Source: Dimorphilus gyrociliatus (taxonomy: Eukaryota; Animalia; Annelida). From it: a stretch of DNA of 64,000 bases. Position numbers and translations under genes: made by a program. Positions within the stretch are counted from its first letter, which is position 1; every line of letters begins with the position of its first letter. The stretch lies in assembly GCA_904063045.1 (NCBI GenBank), contig CAJFCJ010000007.1:3789404-3853403 (forward strand), in the 5' to 3' direction. Below, piece by piece: positions 25,154 through 37,564 of the stretch. The notes below the pieces were generated by a model that ran no database searches, was not told the origin of the DNA, and saw only the letters and a list, made by a program, of their open reading frames with translations.

Positions 25154-25482
25154 ACATTTCTCCTAGAAATGTCCTTTTAATTCTCAATATAAAGTTTATA
25201 TAAGAATTAAGATGTAGTTTTAATTATGTAGACAAACTACTCTATATTAATAGTGGATTTATTCTTTATATTAATTAAATTAGTTAAGTAGCTGTTTTTA
25301 CATTTGAAATAAATTAATTCAATTAACATAATCAGGTGTAATTAGATATTATCAATTTATTTCTATTGATTAGTTCAGATAATTGACATCAATCTAAAAA
25401 TAATATATTAAGATCCTATTCGATAATTAATGTTACTAATTATTATATATGATGACAACGAAAGTAACAAAAGGCACTGAAA

Positions 25483-25490
<8 letters not shown>

Positions 25491-25513
<23 letters not shown>
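25491..25513. repeat. (AG)11 microsatellite within a purine-rich tract
   Basis: Direct reading of the sequence. Confidence 0.9.
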
Positions 25514-25958
25514 ATGGGAAATAGACGCGTACACGAAAAAATGAGATAGGGATAGACAGAGAAAGAGAAAAAAATGATACAGATCACTAAGAGATTGTTA
25601 GATGGGGTTGAATAAATGAAGACAACAAAAAGAATGGGAACAAGAGAAAGAGATAGGGGAGGGGGAGGGCGACGGGTAAAGTGACAGTGAAAGAGAGTGG
25701 GAAGACGACACAATATGTAAAAACGAGAGAATGAGAGATGGTAGGTTAGTATAGGTTACTTATCAAAGCCCTATATATGAACAGTCTTATGCAATTATGC
25801 AAAATGAGAACGTGAGAAGGCGGTGTTGATTTATGCAAATCGGAGAATCGCGAAATAATCTTATATATATAGTCTGATAAGAAGTTTAGTCAACATTTGG
25901 AATTTTTCTCTCAAGTGGAGACAGACATGCTCGACAGATCGATCTACAAGAACGATTG

Positions 25959-28192
25959 ATGACCGATCGACGATTGACAACGGTTATCTGCCCGCTGTTT
26001 GTTTTTCTTATCAGTTCGGCGCCGATTCGCGAACAGCAGGACGAGGCGCTGGTAAGTAACGCTTTTGAATAATTTAAAACGTGTAACGTCACTTTTTTTC
26101 TCTATTATACATGACATTAACCGTTTGTCTAAATGTTTAATATCTTTTTTTTTTGTACTTGAATTTGTCAATTCTCTTCCTGCCCTCCTTTTCTTTCTGC
26201 CAGAGATTTTCTTTTCTGTTTTCTTTCTACCTCTCTGTTCAATTTTAAATATTTAACTTTGCTCTAATCTTCAATAGAATTACCTTCAAAAATACGGCTA
26301 TCTTACTCAATCGAACCACCTCGATATCAAATCCGAAACGTTCAAAAATGCACTAAAAAGCTACCAGAGAAGATATCATATTCATTCAAAAGACGGCATT
26401 ATCGATGACGAAACTCTAAAGAAAATAAGGGAGAAAAGATGCGGTGACAGCGATGAGGATATGGAGACGGAAGACGAGGTGAAAGACCTTGTTTCCAGGT
26501 CTAAAAGGTCGAGCATGGGTAACGGTTCTATTAAACCCGGTCAAAAAGTCTTTTATAATAGAAAGATTATTAAGTGGAGGTATGTGACAAAGAGCAAGTA
26601 CATATCAGAATACATCGTCAGATTCGCGATAAATAACGCTCTAAGGTTATGGGCGGAAGTTACACCATTAACTTTCCGTGAAGATACTCGTTCGGATATT
26701 AGGAATATTGATATTGAGATCAGTTTTGGAAAAGGTATATATTTTTTTGTACTATGATTGTTGTTCTGTTTGCTTTATGCTTATAATCCGGCTTGGTGTG
26801 TACTTAAGACTGTTTTGATTGCTTTTTGACGAAACACTACCTGGAGAGTGAGAGAGACCTAAGAGGCAAAAGAAAAAAGAAAATAAACTAATATCTGTCT
26901 TTATTTCTTTGCTCCTTGATTAAAAGGGAAATAAACTATTTACTAAGAAAATATCGTAGAATTAAAATGGGAACATATTCTCTCCAATGATTATTACATT
27001 AATGATAGGTACTATAGGGTGAAAAAATTGAGAAATGTATTAATTCATTAACTAATTAATGAATCCCTTGTCTCTTTGTTTTTGTTTTGCTTGTAGTAGT
27101 TATTAAGCGATTACAACTAATATACGAATGTTGATAGGTAAACATGGTGCGTGTCCCATTCGTTTTGATGGGCATGGCCAAGCTATTGCTCATTCTTGGC
27201 ATGGAGCGGCTGTTCACTTAGACGATGACGAGATGTATTCCTATCCGGCGAGGCGAGATTCACTAGACCTTGTAAAAGTTTTATTACACGAATTTGGTCA
27301 TGTATTAGGTCTACGACATACAGCACATTCCGATTCCATAATGTACGCTATTTATCTTAATCCTTTTGAAGGCTATGTTGAGTTACATAAGTTAGATAGA
27401 CAAGCTGTACAAAATATTCATGGAGTTTGCAAAGGTCGATTTGATGAAGTATTTGATTGGATAAGGCCATTATTGTCTGGTTCTATTGTATATAATACTT
27501 TCTTTACAAGAAATACTGTAACCTGGTTGTATGAGAATAGTGCCTATCGGACGAGGTACGGAGATCCCCTTAAAATCAGCAAACAATGGAGAGGTCTACC
27601 CCAGGATTTTAAAATAGACGCCTATATTCAGACGTATCCTGGATACCTTAAATCAAAAGTTTACTTTATCTCTGGTTATAAAGTTTATAGATATGATAGT
27701 TTAGGAATGAAGATTGAGAATGGTTATCCTAAATTAATATCGCAAGTTTTCCAAGGCATAACAAATGATAAGATTGATGCTGGATATTTTGACCCTAGAG
27801 ATAGGAATATCTATCTGATTAGGGGCTCTAAGGTAGTATTTACATTTATGAAGCAGAACGGACGTATATTGAAATTATACAATCAAATTCTCTTTGGTTT
27901 TTTATAGGTCTTCAAGCTAAAACCAAACTCTTCCGGAGCATCTCTCATTTCAACAAACTCTTTTGAATCTCAATTCCCTATCGATAGATCTCACTTTGAA
28001 ACGAGAAAGCGACCTCTAACGGCACCAATAGATTCTATTTATTACTCTCAATATCATTCTTCAATTTTCATATTTAAGGATGAAAGCGTTTATAAGATAG
28101 CATCTTTCAATTATCGTTCTGTATTTGTATACAATTTAATACGAATCTACGACAACTGGTACAACAAATGGAATGACATTTGTGAAGTTTAA
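25959..28192 (+). CDS. MMP21: Matrix metalloproteinase-21-like, multi-exon
   Basis: Signal peptide MTDRRLTTVICPLFVFLISSA. Prodomain YLQKYGYL...KRCGDSD, furin site RSKR, WAEVTPLTFRED, HEFGHVLGLRH and Met-turn SIMYA. MMP21-type GVCKGRFDEVFDWIR and WLYENSAYRTRYGDP. C-terminus WNDICEV*. Confidence 0.9.
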
Positions 28193-28639
28193 AAAAGAAA
28201 CCTACTGCAAAAGACATAAAAACCAAAAAAACAAAAAAGAGAGAAAACTGCATTAAATGTACAATTTATTGCTGATTTCTTTCTTTTTAATTATTTATAT
28301 TAAACGTATATAGAACGTCGATTGTAACAAAGGGAAGAAATAATAAGAAATTCAATACTTTTATGCAAATTAGCACATTCTTAAAATTTTATAAATAGTA
28401 AATTATTTTTCCAAAAAAAGCTTTTATAAATTATTCTTTTTCTATTTATAGAAAGAAAATTTACATTATAGAAATATCAATGTATTCAAGAATTCCTTAT
28501 ATACTGCATATATATAGTCTACGTTCTATTGAAGTATTTAATATTTATAATTTATTCATGTATTCATATTTCCAACGAGCACCTTAATTTTGTGTTAATT
28601 TTTAACTTAATTTATTTGTTTTATTAATTTATGAATATT

Positions 28640-28673
<34 letters not shown>

Positions 28674-29115
28674 TCTAACGCACGGTTCACACCAGAAGTT
28701 TTATTTTATGTAGTCCTATCTATATATTTTAGTTTATTTTCTTTGTTTATACCTTCAGCTTCTCATAGCTTCTTTTTTGTTTTTTTTTTGAATAAAAAAA
28801 TTAATTAGTTAATTAATTAATTAGTACAAATAGATAATTTTTTTTAAAAAAAAAATGTAAACGATTTTTTTTAACTTATGAAAAACTGATTTTTTATTTG
28901 ATGTTCTTTTTTTTTCTTCTTTTGTTTTTTTAAAAAAAAAAAAAAAGAAATTCAAAAATTTTTTTCTTTGATAAAAGAAAATAAATAAAGAATTCACAGT
29001 TTGAGTTTATTTAATTAGTATGTTACTGTTTGTTTGTATCTTTAAGAAATACTCTAACAAAAGAGAGTAAGGAGTGAATATCTTTTCATTTTCTTTTACT
29101 AAGTGATTTTACGCC

Positions 29116-29118
<3 letters not shown>

Positions 29119-29170
<52 letters not shown>
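29119..29170. repeat. (AT)26 microsatellite
   Basis: Direct reading; the longest of many AT runs in the window. Confidence 0.95.
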
Positions 29171-29175
<5 letters not shown>

Positions 29176-29560
29176 AATACATAAATGGTATTCTTATTCA
29201 TTAGTTAAAGTGCCGAGTTTAAGGAGGGGTGTGGTAAAAACTAGAATAGATTAAGAAGCCTGTAAATGACTAACAACTATGACTAATTTTGAATATTTGA
29301 AAGAAGAATCAGACAATCTATAGAAGTGAATTTATATATATATATATATATATATGTTTTGTATATATAACGCATGAATATATACAATATAAATATATAT
29401 ATATATATATAAATTTCATATATATATATATAGATAAATTGATATTTAAATATGGCCTCTTTATTAAATTGTTCCTTTTTCCTTTTAAAAAACTTATAAA
29501 ATATTAAGAAAGTATACTTAAACTTATTGAAATATAAAAAATCAATTATTGAACGACAAT

Positions 29561-31288
29561 ATGAATGAATTAAATAAAGAAGGAAATGATAACAAAAGGC
29601 TAATGATTAAAGATAATTTAAGATCTTTAGTTGGTTCTTGGTGCGGATGTTCATTCAAATTTATCGAAACTTATTGCTTGTGGGCGGGAATGATAGTATT
29701 GGTATGTCGATTTATTTATTAATTTTGTATATCATATAAAATAGTTAAAGGAATATAGACGACATCTATAACGAGTCTTCAAGTTTGTCTCATCGACTTG
29801 GCCGAGTTAGCAAGCAAATCTATAACAGATATGGCCACAATTTACCTATTTAGGGGAATTGGTGTTATTATAGGATTAGTTATATGGGGTTACGTGTTAA
29901 AGTTTATTCATTCGTTGTGCGTACTGTCACTGGGCCTATTTATTGTTGGGTTAGTCAATTGTATAATACCATGGATTCGTAATTTTATAGGTATGACAGT
30001 AATTTTTATTATTCAAGGATTCAGTATTTGTTCAATATCTATAAGTAAGCAATTAGATTTCAACTCAAACTCTATATTTAAATATATATATATAGTATAT
30101 ATTTTAGATACTGTTTATATATTTACATAGTAATATATAACCTAACGTTTATTTTTTTATGGTTACCTAAGCTACCAACACTCGAATAATTCAAATTTGG
30201 GAAGAAAAAGCCGGACCATATCTTCAATTTTTACACTCAATATTTCCGCTTACCGGAATATTTGTACCTTTATTTATTCAACCATTCTTATCAACAACTA
30301 ATTTAAATACTAATTCATCTTTGAATAATTTAAATATTACAACTAATTCACTAAATATTCATAATAATTCAACTAGAATTCATGTACCTTTTATATCTAT
30401 TGGAATATTTTCAATAACTTTATCAATTGTTTGTCTAATTTGCATAGTTAAACATTCTTGCTCTTTCTTCATCCTAGAAGCTAATGATACTGAAATTAAC
30501 GATATTACAGAGAACAAACAACTATTAAAAGTTGTCAATTAATATTCATTTTAAATATTAATTATAAGTTACGCATATTAAATAGTATTTTAATTGATAA
30601 CTTTTTATAAAACAAATAGTATAAAATAGTAATTTATCTCATTTTTATGTTTACAACATTCTTCCATTCGGGGAGGGAGCAAATCATTCTTCAGTTGATA
30701 ATGCCCTATCTAGTTATGAGGCACGAATGGACCAAATTGGACGCGTCCAAAGTAGTTATGTCTATATTTATTATCTATTTCACTATAAGATTTATATCGA
30801 TATTCTTCATTGGAAAAGTTGAAATTAAACATTATTTGTATTTTAATGTCTTATCCGGGCTTTTCTCCGTTATCTTCCTCTTATTCACCGATAATTCCAA
30901 TAGAATATTAATATGGATAGCAGTTGGGTTTTGTGCTATATCTACTTCTTCAACCTTTACAGTTATGTTACTTTGGTCTAGGACCTATGTAAGAATCAAT
31001 AGCATTTTTACATCTATATTTACGATTGGTACTAATTTGGGTTTTGCATCCATTGTTCCGCTAACAACCCATCTGTTTGAGAATTTTAGTGATAAATGGT
31101 TTTCTTATATGGTTAATATATGTTTCCTCTTGTGGACAATTGGTATTGGCTGTATATTTTACTTTGGTAATGAGGTACAATACGATAATCCAGAAATTCC
31201 CATACATTGTAGTAGTCAAAACGATGTTTGCATTAGTCGGCATTGTTCCTTTAAAAGTAATAATATTCAAGAGTCTCTAAATGTATAA
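29561..31288 (+). CDS. Divergent MFS transporter (MFSD4/sodium-dependent glucose transporter 1-like), ~4 exons
   Basis: Hydrophobic ORFs 29798-30130, 30321-30542 and 30647-31288 plus a first exon at 29561 can be spliced in frame. Motifs LIDLA, IWEEKAGPYLQFLHSIF..G....P.FIQPFL and TSIFTIGTNLGFASIVP. Confidence 0.72.
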
Positions 31289-31574
31289 ATTCTGTTGTAA
31301 TTCATTTAAATAAGATCAAATGTTAATGAATTCATAATAACATTCTACTTATGTTTGCAATTATTGATAGTAAAAAGCATAGCTTCCTACCAATTTAAAA
31401 AAGAATTGTTTATAAGATATGGAACAAATAGATGACAAAGTAACTCCTCTTTAGCAATGCTATCACTCAACTTTCTCGCTTGTTTTTTGTTTTAAATAAA
31501 ATAATATATAATATAGATTTATTTTACTATAGTAGACAAAAAAACGAAAATATTATATAACGTCCATAGTTTTT

Positions 31575-34500
31575 TTAGGAAAACTTTATTAATCGCTGTA
31601 GTCTACGAACCATCGCTGAGATAAATCCAATACGAGTTTTACTTTCAGCATACGCCTATTAAAATGGTTTGTTTTTTTAATTATTAGCGTCATTGTTTGA
31701 AGTTAATTTTTTTGTTATAGGATTTGTAAATATCTCTTACCTTTTCTACATTCATAATTTTATGGAATAATAAATCGTCTAAACATGTTTGAACATCGGA
31801 TTTCAATTGTTTTAATTGAGAACTTGACAATCTTTCAACTTCGATAGTATCTTCGAAATTTTGGAAAGAGTCAGACATAACTGAGGTTGAATCTAAAAAG
31901 ACAAATATTTTTTTATTTATATTATATTTATATAAAGAATCACTAAACATGAAGGATTTTAGAGCATTACCTTGTAGCTTTCTTATTCTTCCTTGGTTGA
32001 AAGCGGATGTGACAGTTTGTTTTGGCTGTACAGTAGCTAAATAGTAATCAAGATGTTTCCACACCACCAGTAAAGAATTTTCTATAATATTCGCCAAAAT
32101 AGCCGCTTGTTGTTCATCTATCTTTACAAGATTTTCCAGTTTGGAGGCGGCTGCTTCGTATCTTTGCTCAGCAGATACTGCAGAGTCACTTAGTTCTCTT
32201 AATTCTTCACTAGACAATTCGCTTACACGTCCACATTTTCTTTCGCTATTTCTCTTTCTGTCTAAAACTGTAAGCAATTGAGTTGTTCGCTCCTTCAGAC
32301 TTCTCACCACTAAGCCAAGTTCAGGAGCTTTCTTTCCGCTTTCGAGTAATTGACTTGTAACACTTGATCCTCCAACAGCATCCGTTAAACTTGGAGTTAA
32401 TACGATATATTCGCATGATAGTCCCCTGCAAAGAGTCATAACATTCGCAGCTATTCTCAATCTTAGGCAATCTTTTATGCAACATTTTGGGGTTTCTTTC
32501 GATGAACAAATACCAGCTAACAATAGTAAAACGAGCTGTTGAAGTCTCTTAGCGTGGTTAACGGATACGGGATTGATAGTTTCATCGATAAGTGCGTCAA
32601 CTGGAACACAGACGCATCGAGCAACAACATCTGTCACCAAACACATTTCTTTAAGTTGCTCCTCAGTTTGGGGATGAGATCTAAGAATAAATGCTATTAG
32701 ATCTGAATGAGCCAATAAAAAGTTGAGAACGTGTTGAGTGGCTAAACTGTTATTTAATCCAAGCATAGTTAATGATCCTAGACAGAGACGAAGAATTGGC
32801 ATTAGTATCCTTCTGTAGATAGCAATCGCTGTAACATTTAGCGTTCCTATATCTTCGCTATCATCTTCTTGTGGTCTAGCATCTATTAGTTCACTTTCAG
32901 CAAACTTTTCCATTATTCCAGCTTGAAGAACGCTCAATGCGCTATTGCTGTTGGTCGAGACTAATCTAATCAACAATGCCATTTGGGATTCGTATACGTA
33001 TAGCGCTTTCAATCCAAATGCTCCGACTGATTTCGGCGCGAGTAGATCAGCAAGATCGTCAACATTTATAACTTCGACAAGATGATTTACAAATCCATTT
33101 GTTGATAGGAAAGATAAGCAAACAGAGGTTCGATCCAAGATTAAAATCTCGTCTAGTATAGATAAAGCCAAGAGCTTGCATACTCTATGACCGTCACAGG
33201 CATCGGATGAAATTGTATGAAGTAAATTTTCAGCATTTTCATTGAACAACAGAATGAAATCTCTTGAAAAACTTCTCCATTGTCTATCAGCAACTTGTAC
33301 TAAATGCAAAAGTGATCCATATATGTTAGCCCGAATAATTTGCTTTGAAGTTCTTGTCTTTACAAACTTTCGTATCAAAAGAGAGGTAATATTTAAAAGA
33401 GATGGTATGAATGTATCTGATTTTGCTTCCTTAACAAATGCATGACGAATAATTGATGTAAGTACTAGGCATGTTGCCGAAACCGGACCGTTTAGTTTTG
33501 CATCACAAATCTCACTCTTTCTTAATAGTGTTTCCAGCATTTCAATAGAGGTCTCATGTCGGGTGAAACTTGACCACATTTCATCTGGACAAGAAGTCAT
33601 TAGTACCTCTACTATCTGTTGCCAAGCACTTAAAAGTGCCATTCGAGCACTTAACCACTCATGCTTATCGTTTCTTCTCTTCAAATATTTGTGAATCTCA
33701 GTTGCTTCCATAGTGGCATCAGCTTGTCGACTTTTATCCACGGTCCTGAGTAAACCATCTTGGAGTGTACTTAAATCAATTATGGATGTGTCGTCATCAA
33801 TTGTTTCGCGATTCTTTATAACTTCTTCAACGACTGTTTTATCCAAAACTCGAATGTGAGGAACATCGTCATCCAGCAGAATGTTTTCACTATTCATTTC
33901 TATTTCATCGAGAATTGCCAATAGTTTTCTCTTCTTACTGCCAACAATGGACTGATGGAAGGAGGTTTCATCAAAATTTTGAATTGTATGACGCAATAGT
34001 TCGTTAATTAACTCAGTTAAATGGGATCTATGTTCGTTGGCTGATAAGATTCTCATTTCTAGAGCAATCATTCTCATAAGCCAAGCCTCGCACTTAAGAA
34101 CTTCCTTCACGCTGTCATTTGGTTTTGGAAACGGAAGGCATTGTAATTGCCTGTTGAAGAAGTCATGGTTTAACCTCAAAAATCTTGTAGTTGGTGTACA
34201 AGTATCCATATTCGTACATAATTCATACATAAACTCATAATACATGCAAGCCAAATTTGGTCTGGTGGAAAACAAGATAGCTTCATTAGCAACTTCTTCT
34301 TCAAGTTTCATAACCAAGGAATGCAAGCATGTTCGAATTGAACCTCTAATACCAGCCTGCTCGATGTTACTCTTTGAAACGCCATTCTGAATATCAAAAT
34401 CCAATAGGAGTTGAGTTAAGTTTGGTGTTGGAGATCGTACAGTATTCAGCAACAAATTCATTAAACTACTTTGAGCAGCAGTCATCATTTCACCTTCGTC

Positions 34501-37420
34501 TTCCTCTGGTTCTTTCCATTCAATACAGGCATCTTCTTCGAGGATACGAACAAATGCACTTTGTAATTTCCTCCTATTGATATTATCAGATTGAAGATTT
34601 CGAACAAGATCAGAATGAACGTTATGATATTTGCAAAGAAGCGTCAAGACGTTAATCGCTCGTTGAGCATGTGATAACAAACTATCGCATTGAGGTATGA
34701 TTCTGCATATAACAAGCAGATAATCAGCTTTTCCAGTCTTTGGATTTACACCCAATAAAAGCTGATCTAACCTATCCATTAAAATAGATGATTGAGAATT
34801 ACGGTAACTCTGTATTACGTCATCTTGAACTCCAAGAACATATTCAATAACTTTTAATGCTTTGAGCAAAGCATCTTCGAGACAAGTAGTTTTTCTAAAT
34901 TCGTGCCTGTCCAAAATTGTGACTGCTTCGTATAGCAATTGCATAACGCTACGAAACAAGCTTGAATCTCTCAGCATATGAACAGTCAACTGAACACTAG
35001 GATGTTCATCGCTTACTTTAACTAAATCTGTTGGTTTTAAGGCAGTTAAGAACTGTCTTAAAACGTCCATTGCTTCTTCACAAATCTCCCATCTCTCGTT
35101 AGCATCAGCATATGCTCGATTATGAACATGTTGTAAGACATCCTGTCTTAAATATGTTGCATATGCTGCTAAATCACGATCATTTGGTAGTTGATGGGAA
35201 GATAGCGCACTTAACAATTTTAAGAAAGCTTTTGTTAAAGGATATTTTTCATTGCGACTTTCAGCCTGGCCCAATTCTTGTTTTATATGAGTTAATACTT
35301 GAAAATGCGATAATCCTATCCATATAACATTTGCCATATCGGGTTCAAAACACAAGCACGAAATAGTTCGAACAATCCTCGCCTTCAATGGTAATGGGAC
35401 ACTGCATCCAACTAAAGCCAGCATTACATGTACTGGAGTTGCACCTGGCCCAGAGCAATACTGTAGGAGTAATTGCGAACTCTTCGCTCCAGCAAATCTC
35501 CATAATACAGCCAATAAATCCAGTACTGCTTCTAAGCCTTCCAACTCTTGGCCTGAAATGGTTCTTGATCCAATTGGTGTTGAACGTTGTTGAAATCGTG
35601 CATCAGGTGTATGAAGTGCCCGCCAATATTGTTCAAAAGTTGCAAAGAAGTGTGAAAATGATACGCCAGACCCTCTAACAGCTGTCCCATTAGACTCAAG
35701 GAGGAAACAGGCTTGTTCAGCACAATTTGGACCTGTCGCTAAACCTGTTAGCATTTTTACATAATTTATATACATTGTTGAGGGAAGCATATCGCCAGAG
35801 AGCTTCACAAACTTCATTAAACTTTGGTGTTTGTGATGAGAACATTCCTTTTCATCCGGATCTTGAATCCAGAAATGCTTTGCTAATTCTTGCTTTAGGG
35901 GATCTTTTCCATAGATTGCTGCTAAAAGACTCATTAACTGTTCAAAATGCCTAGGTAAATCATTTGGCGGCTGAGCACCCTGAGCCAATTGGCTGGCAGC
36001 CATCCTCGCACTCTCATCTCCAACATTTCGTAGTTCTTTGATTTTCAGTGGAAATAAGGATATAGCATTCGTTAGAAGATTATGTACATGTCGAACATAG
36101 AAACCGTTGGATAGAGTGTGAAAGCGTTCATTTTCAACAACAGCTTTATGTAGAAATTCAAAGGCGTCGGCGTAGATCCCAATGTCTAGAACATTCTCGT
36201 CTTCCTCACAAATATCATGGCTTACATACTCGGACAAAGTTCTCAGAGCTACAGCCCAGGCTAACTGTATAATAGCTCGGATTTTACAATTTTCCCATTT
36301 ACTGGTCATAATTAGATTGTGAATCGTTCGTAAGTAGCTCTGGTTATCAATTGCGGGATGTTTTATTCCTTCTTCTGATGGTTTTGGATCAAGAGACGTA
36401 AGTAAAGCCATTAGAATTGTCATTTCCGTAACATCTAATTTCTGGGATTGGCATTTGAGACCTTTTAAAAAATTAATTATTACTGTTGTATCTTCCAATT
36501 CCAATGGTTGTTGAATGGCTAAACTGAATAAAATCTCGGCTAAGCATAACTTTATCGACCTAAATAAAGAAATAATTCTATGCCTATGACCAGCATCCCC
36601 AAGAGCTCTTTCTTTTTCTAATTTAGCCAACTCTTTTTCTTCATCCATCTCAGATATATTTTGAATAATTTTTCTAACAAGTCCATTGTCGATCAACTTT
36701 TGAATGTAATTAGTTACTGTAGTAGTTAGATTGGCCTCTAGACCAGGAAGGGCCCAAGTTCTTCCAGAGCGTGCGCATGCTAGTTCCTTAACACCTTTAA
36801 CCAAGCAAAATCGGCTAGTATAGTACAATTCAACAGCAACAAGGCCCCGAGGTTGCTCAGGATGATAAGAAATTTCAGATTCAGCTGCAGCGAGCAATTC
36901 AACACTTCGGGTTTCTTTTAATTTGAAAAGGTCGCTTATTATTAAAGCCTCTCGTATGAAATCTTCTGTAAAATATTGTTTAGATGGTCTTCCCTTGACT
37001 GTTAAGCCATCCGAGTGACTTTTTTCCACAGTTTGCCTTTCTATTGGATTCGGGGCTGGGTTCTCCAGTAGATTTAAAAGATCAGCATCAAGCTGATGCA
37101 GGCTAGCTTCCAGCGTTCTGAGGGCATCAAAGGATTGGCCGCGCGTAGTGATAGCATATTCAACGGTCCTTAAGAAATCTTTGTATGAAGTCCAAATCTG
37201 ATAACCTGAAATAGTATCAATCAGCGTTACCCGGCTTTCTAAATTTGCGTGAAACTCTAATATCGCTCAAAGTTGAGCAGAAAGCTTTTTTTTTATGGTT
37301 TTAAGCCTAAATTTTTCATATTACTACCATCTAACATTACAGGGAGAGATGCAAAAGAGAAAAGGGATAAATATGTATAAAAAGTGGTAATCTATAAAAC
37401 CTACCAAGATCTATCGACAT
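31575..37420 (-). CDS. NUP205: Nuclear pore complex protein Nup205, 4 coding exons
   Basis: MSIDL|GYQIWTSYKDF...; EALIISDLFKLKETRSVELLAAAE...PRGLVAVELYY; last exon AYAESKTRIGFISAMVRRLQRLIKFS*. Predicted exons 37405-37420, 31971-37205, ~31741-31892 and 31575-~31656. Confidence 0.95.
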
Positions 37421-37564
37421 TTCGTGCACCGGAAGTTGCCAATAGTTTTACCGGTTTTCTCGTATTCGGAAAATTACCCGTTTCCGTAATTCTCGTTTTT
37501 TAGTACAACCACTATGCGGTAAAATTTGAAAATATAGGCTCCAATTTTAAGAATCATTGATACC
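37421..37564. promoter_or_regulatory. Bidirectional promoter NUP205/CENPL with ETS site CCGGAAGT (37429-37436)
   Basis: Only 144 nt separate the two divergent ATGs; the gap is CpG-containing and has several CCGG/CGGAA words. Confidence 0.6.

Noticed and set aside
31893-31970. Stop-free introns with length divisible by 3 (NUP205 78 nt; similar ones in SLC35B4, NDUFS3, CENPL, RPF1 and EMC1)
   Set aside because: About six among on the order of a hundred short introns is within my rough chance expectation; they only explain intron-derived residues in the ORF track.
32321-35954. Multiple 60-96 aa ORFs overlapping the NUP205 giant exon
   Set aside because: Antisense or off-frame shadows of a long CDS; no domain signatures.
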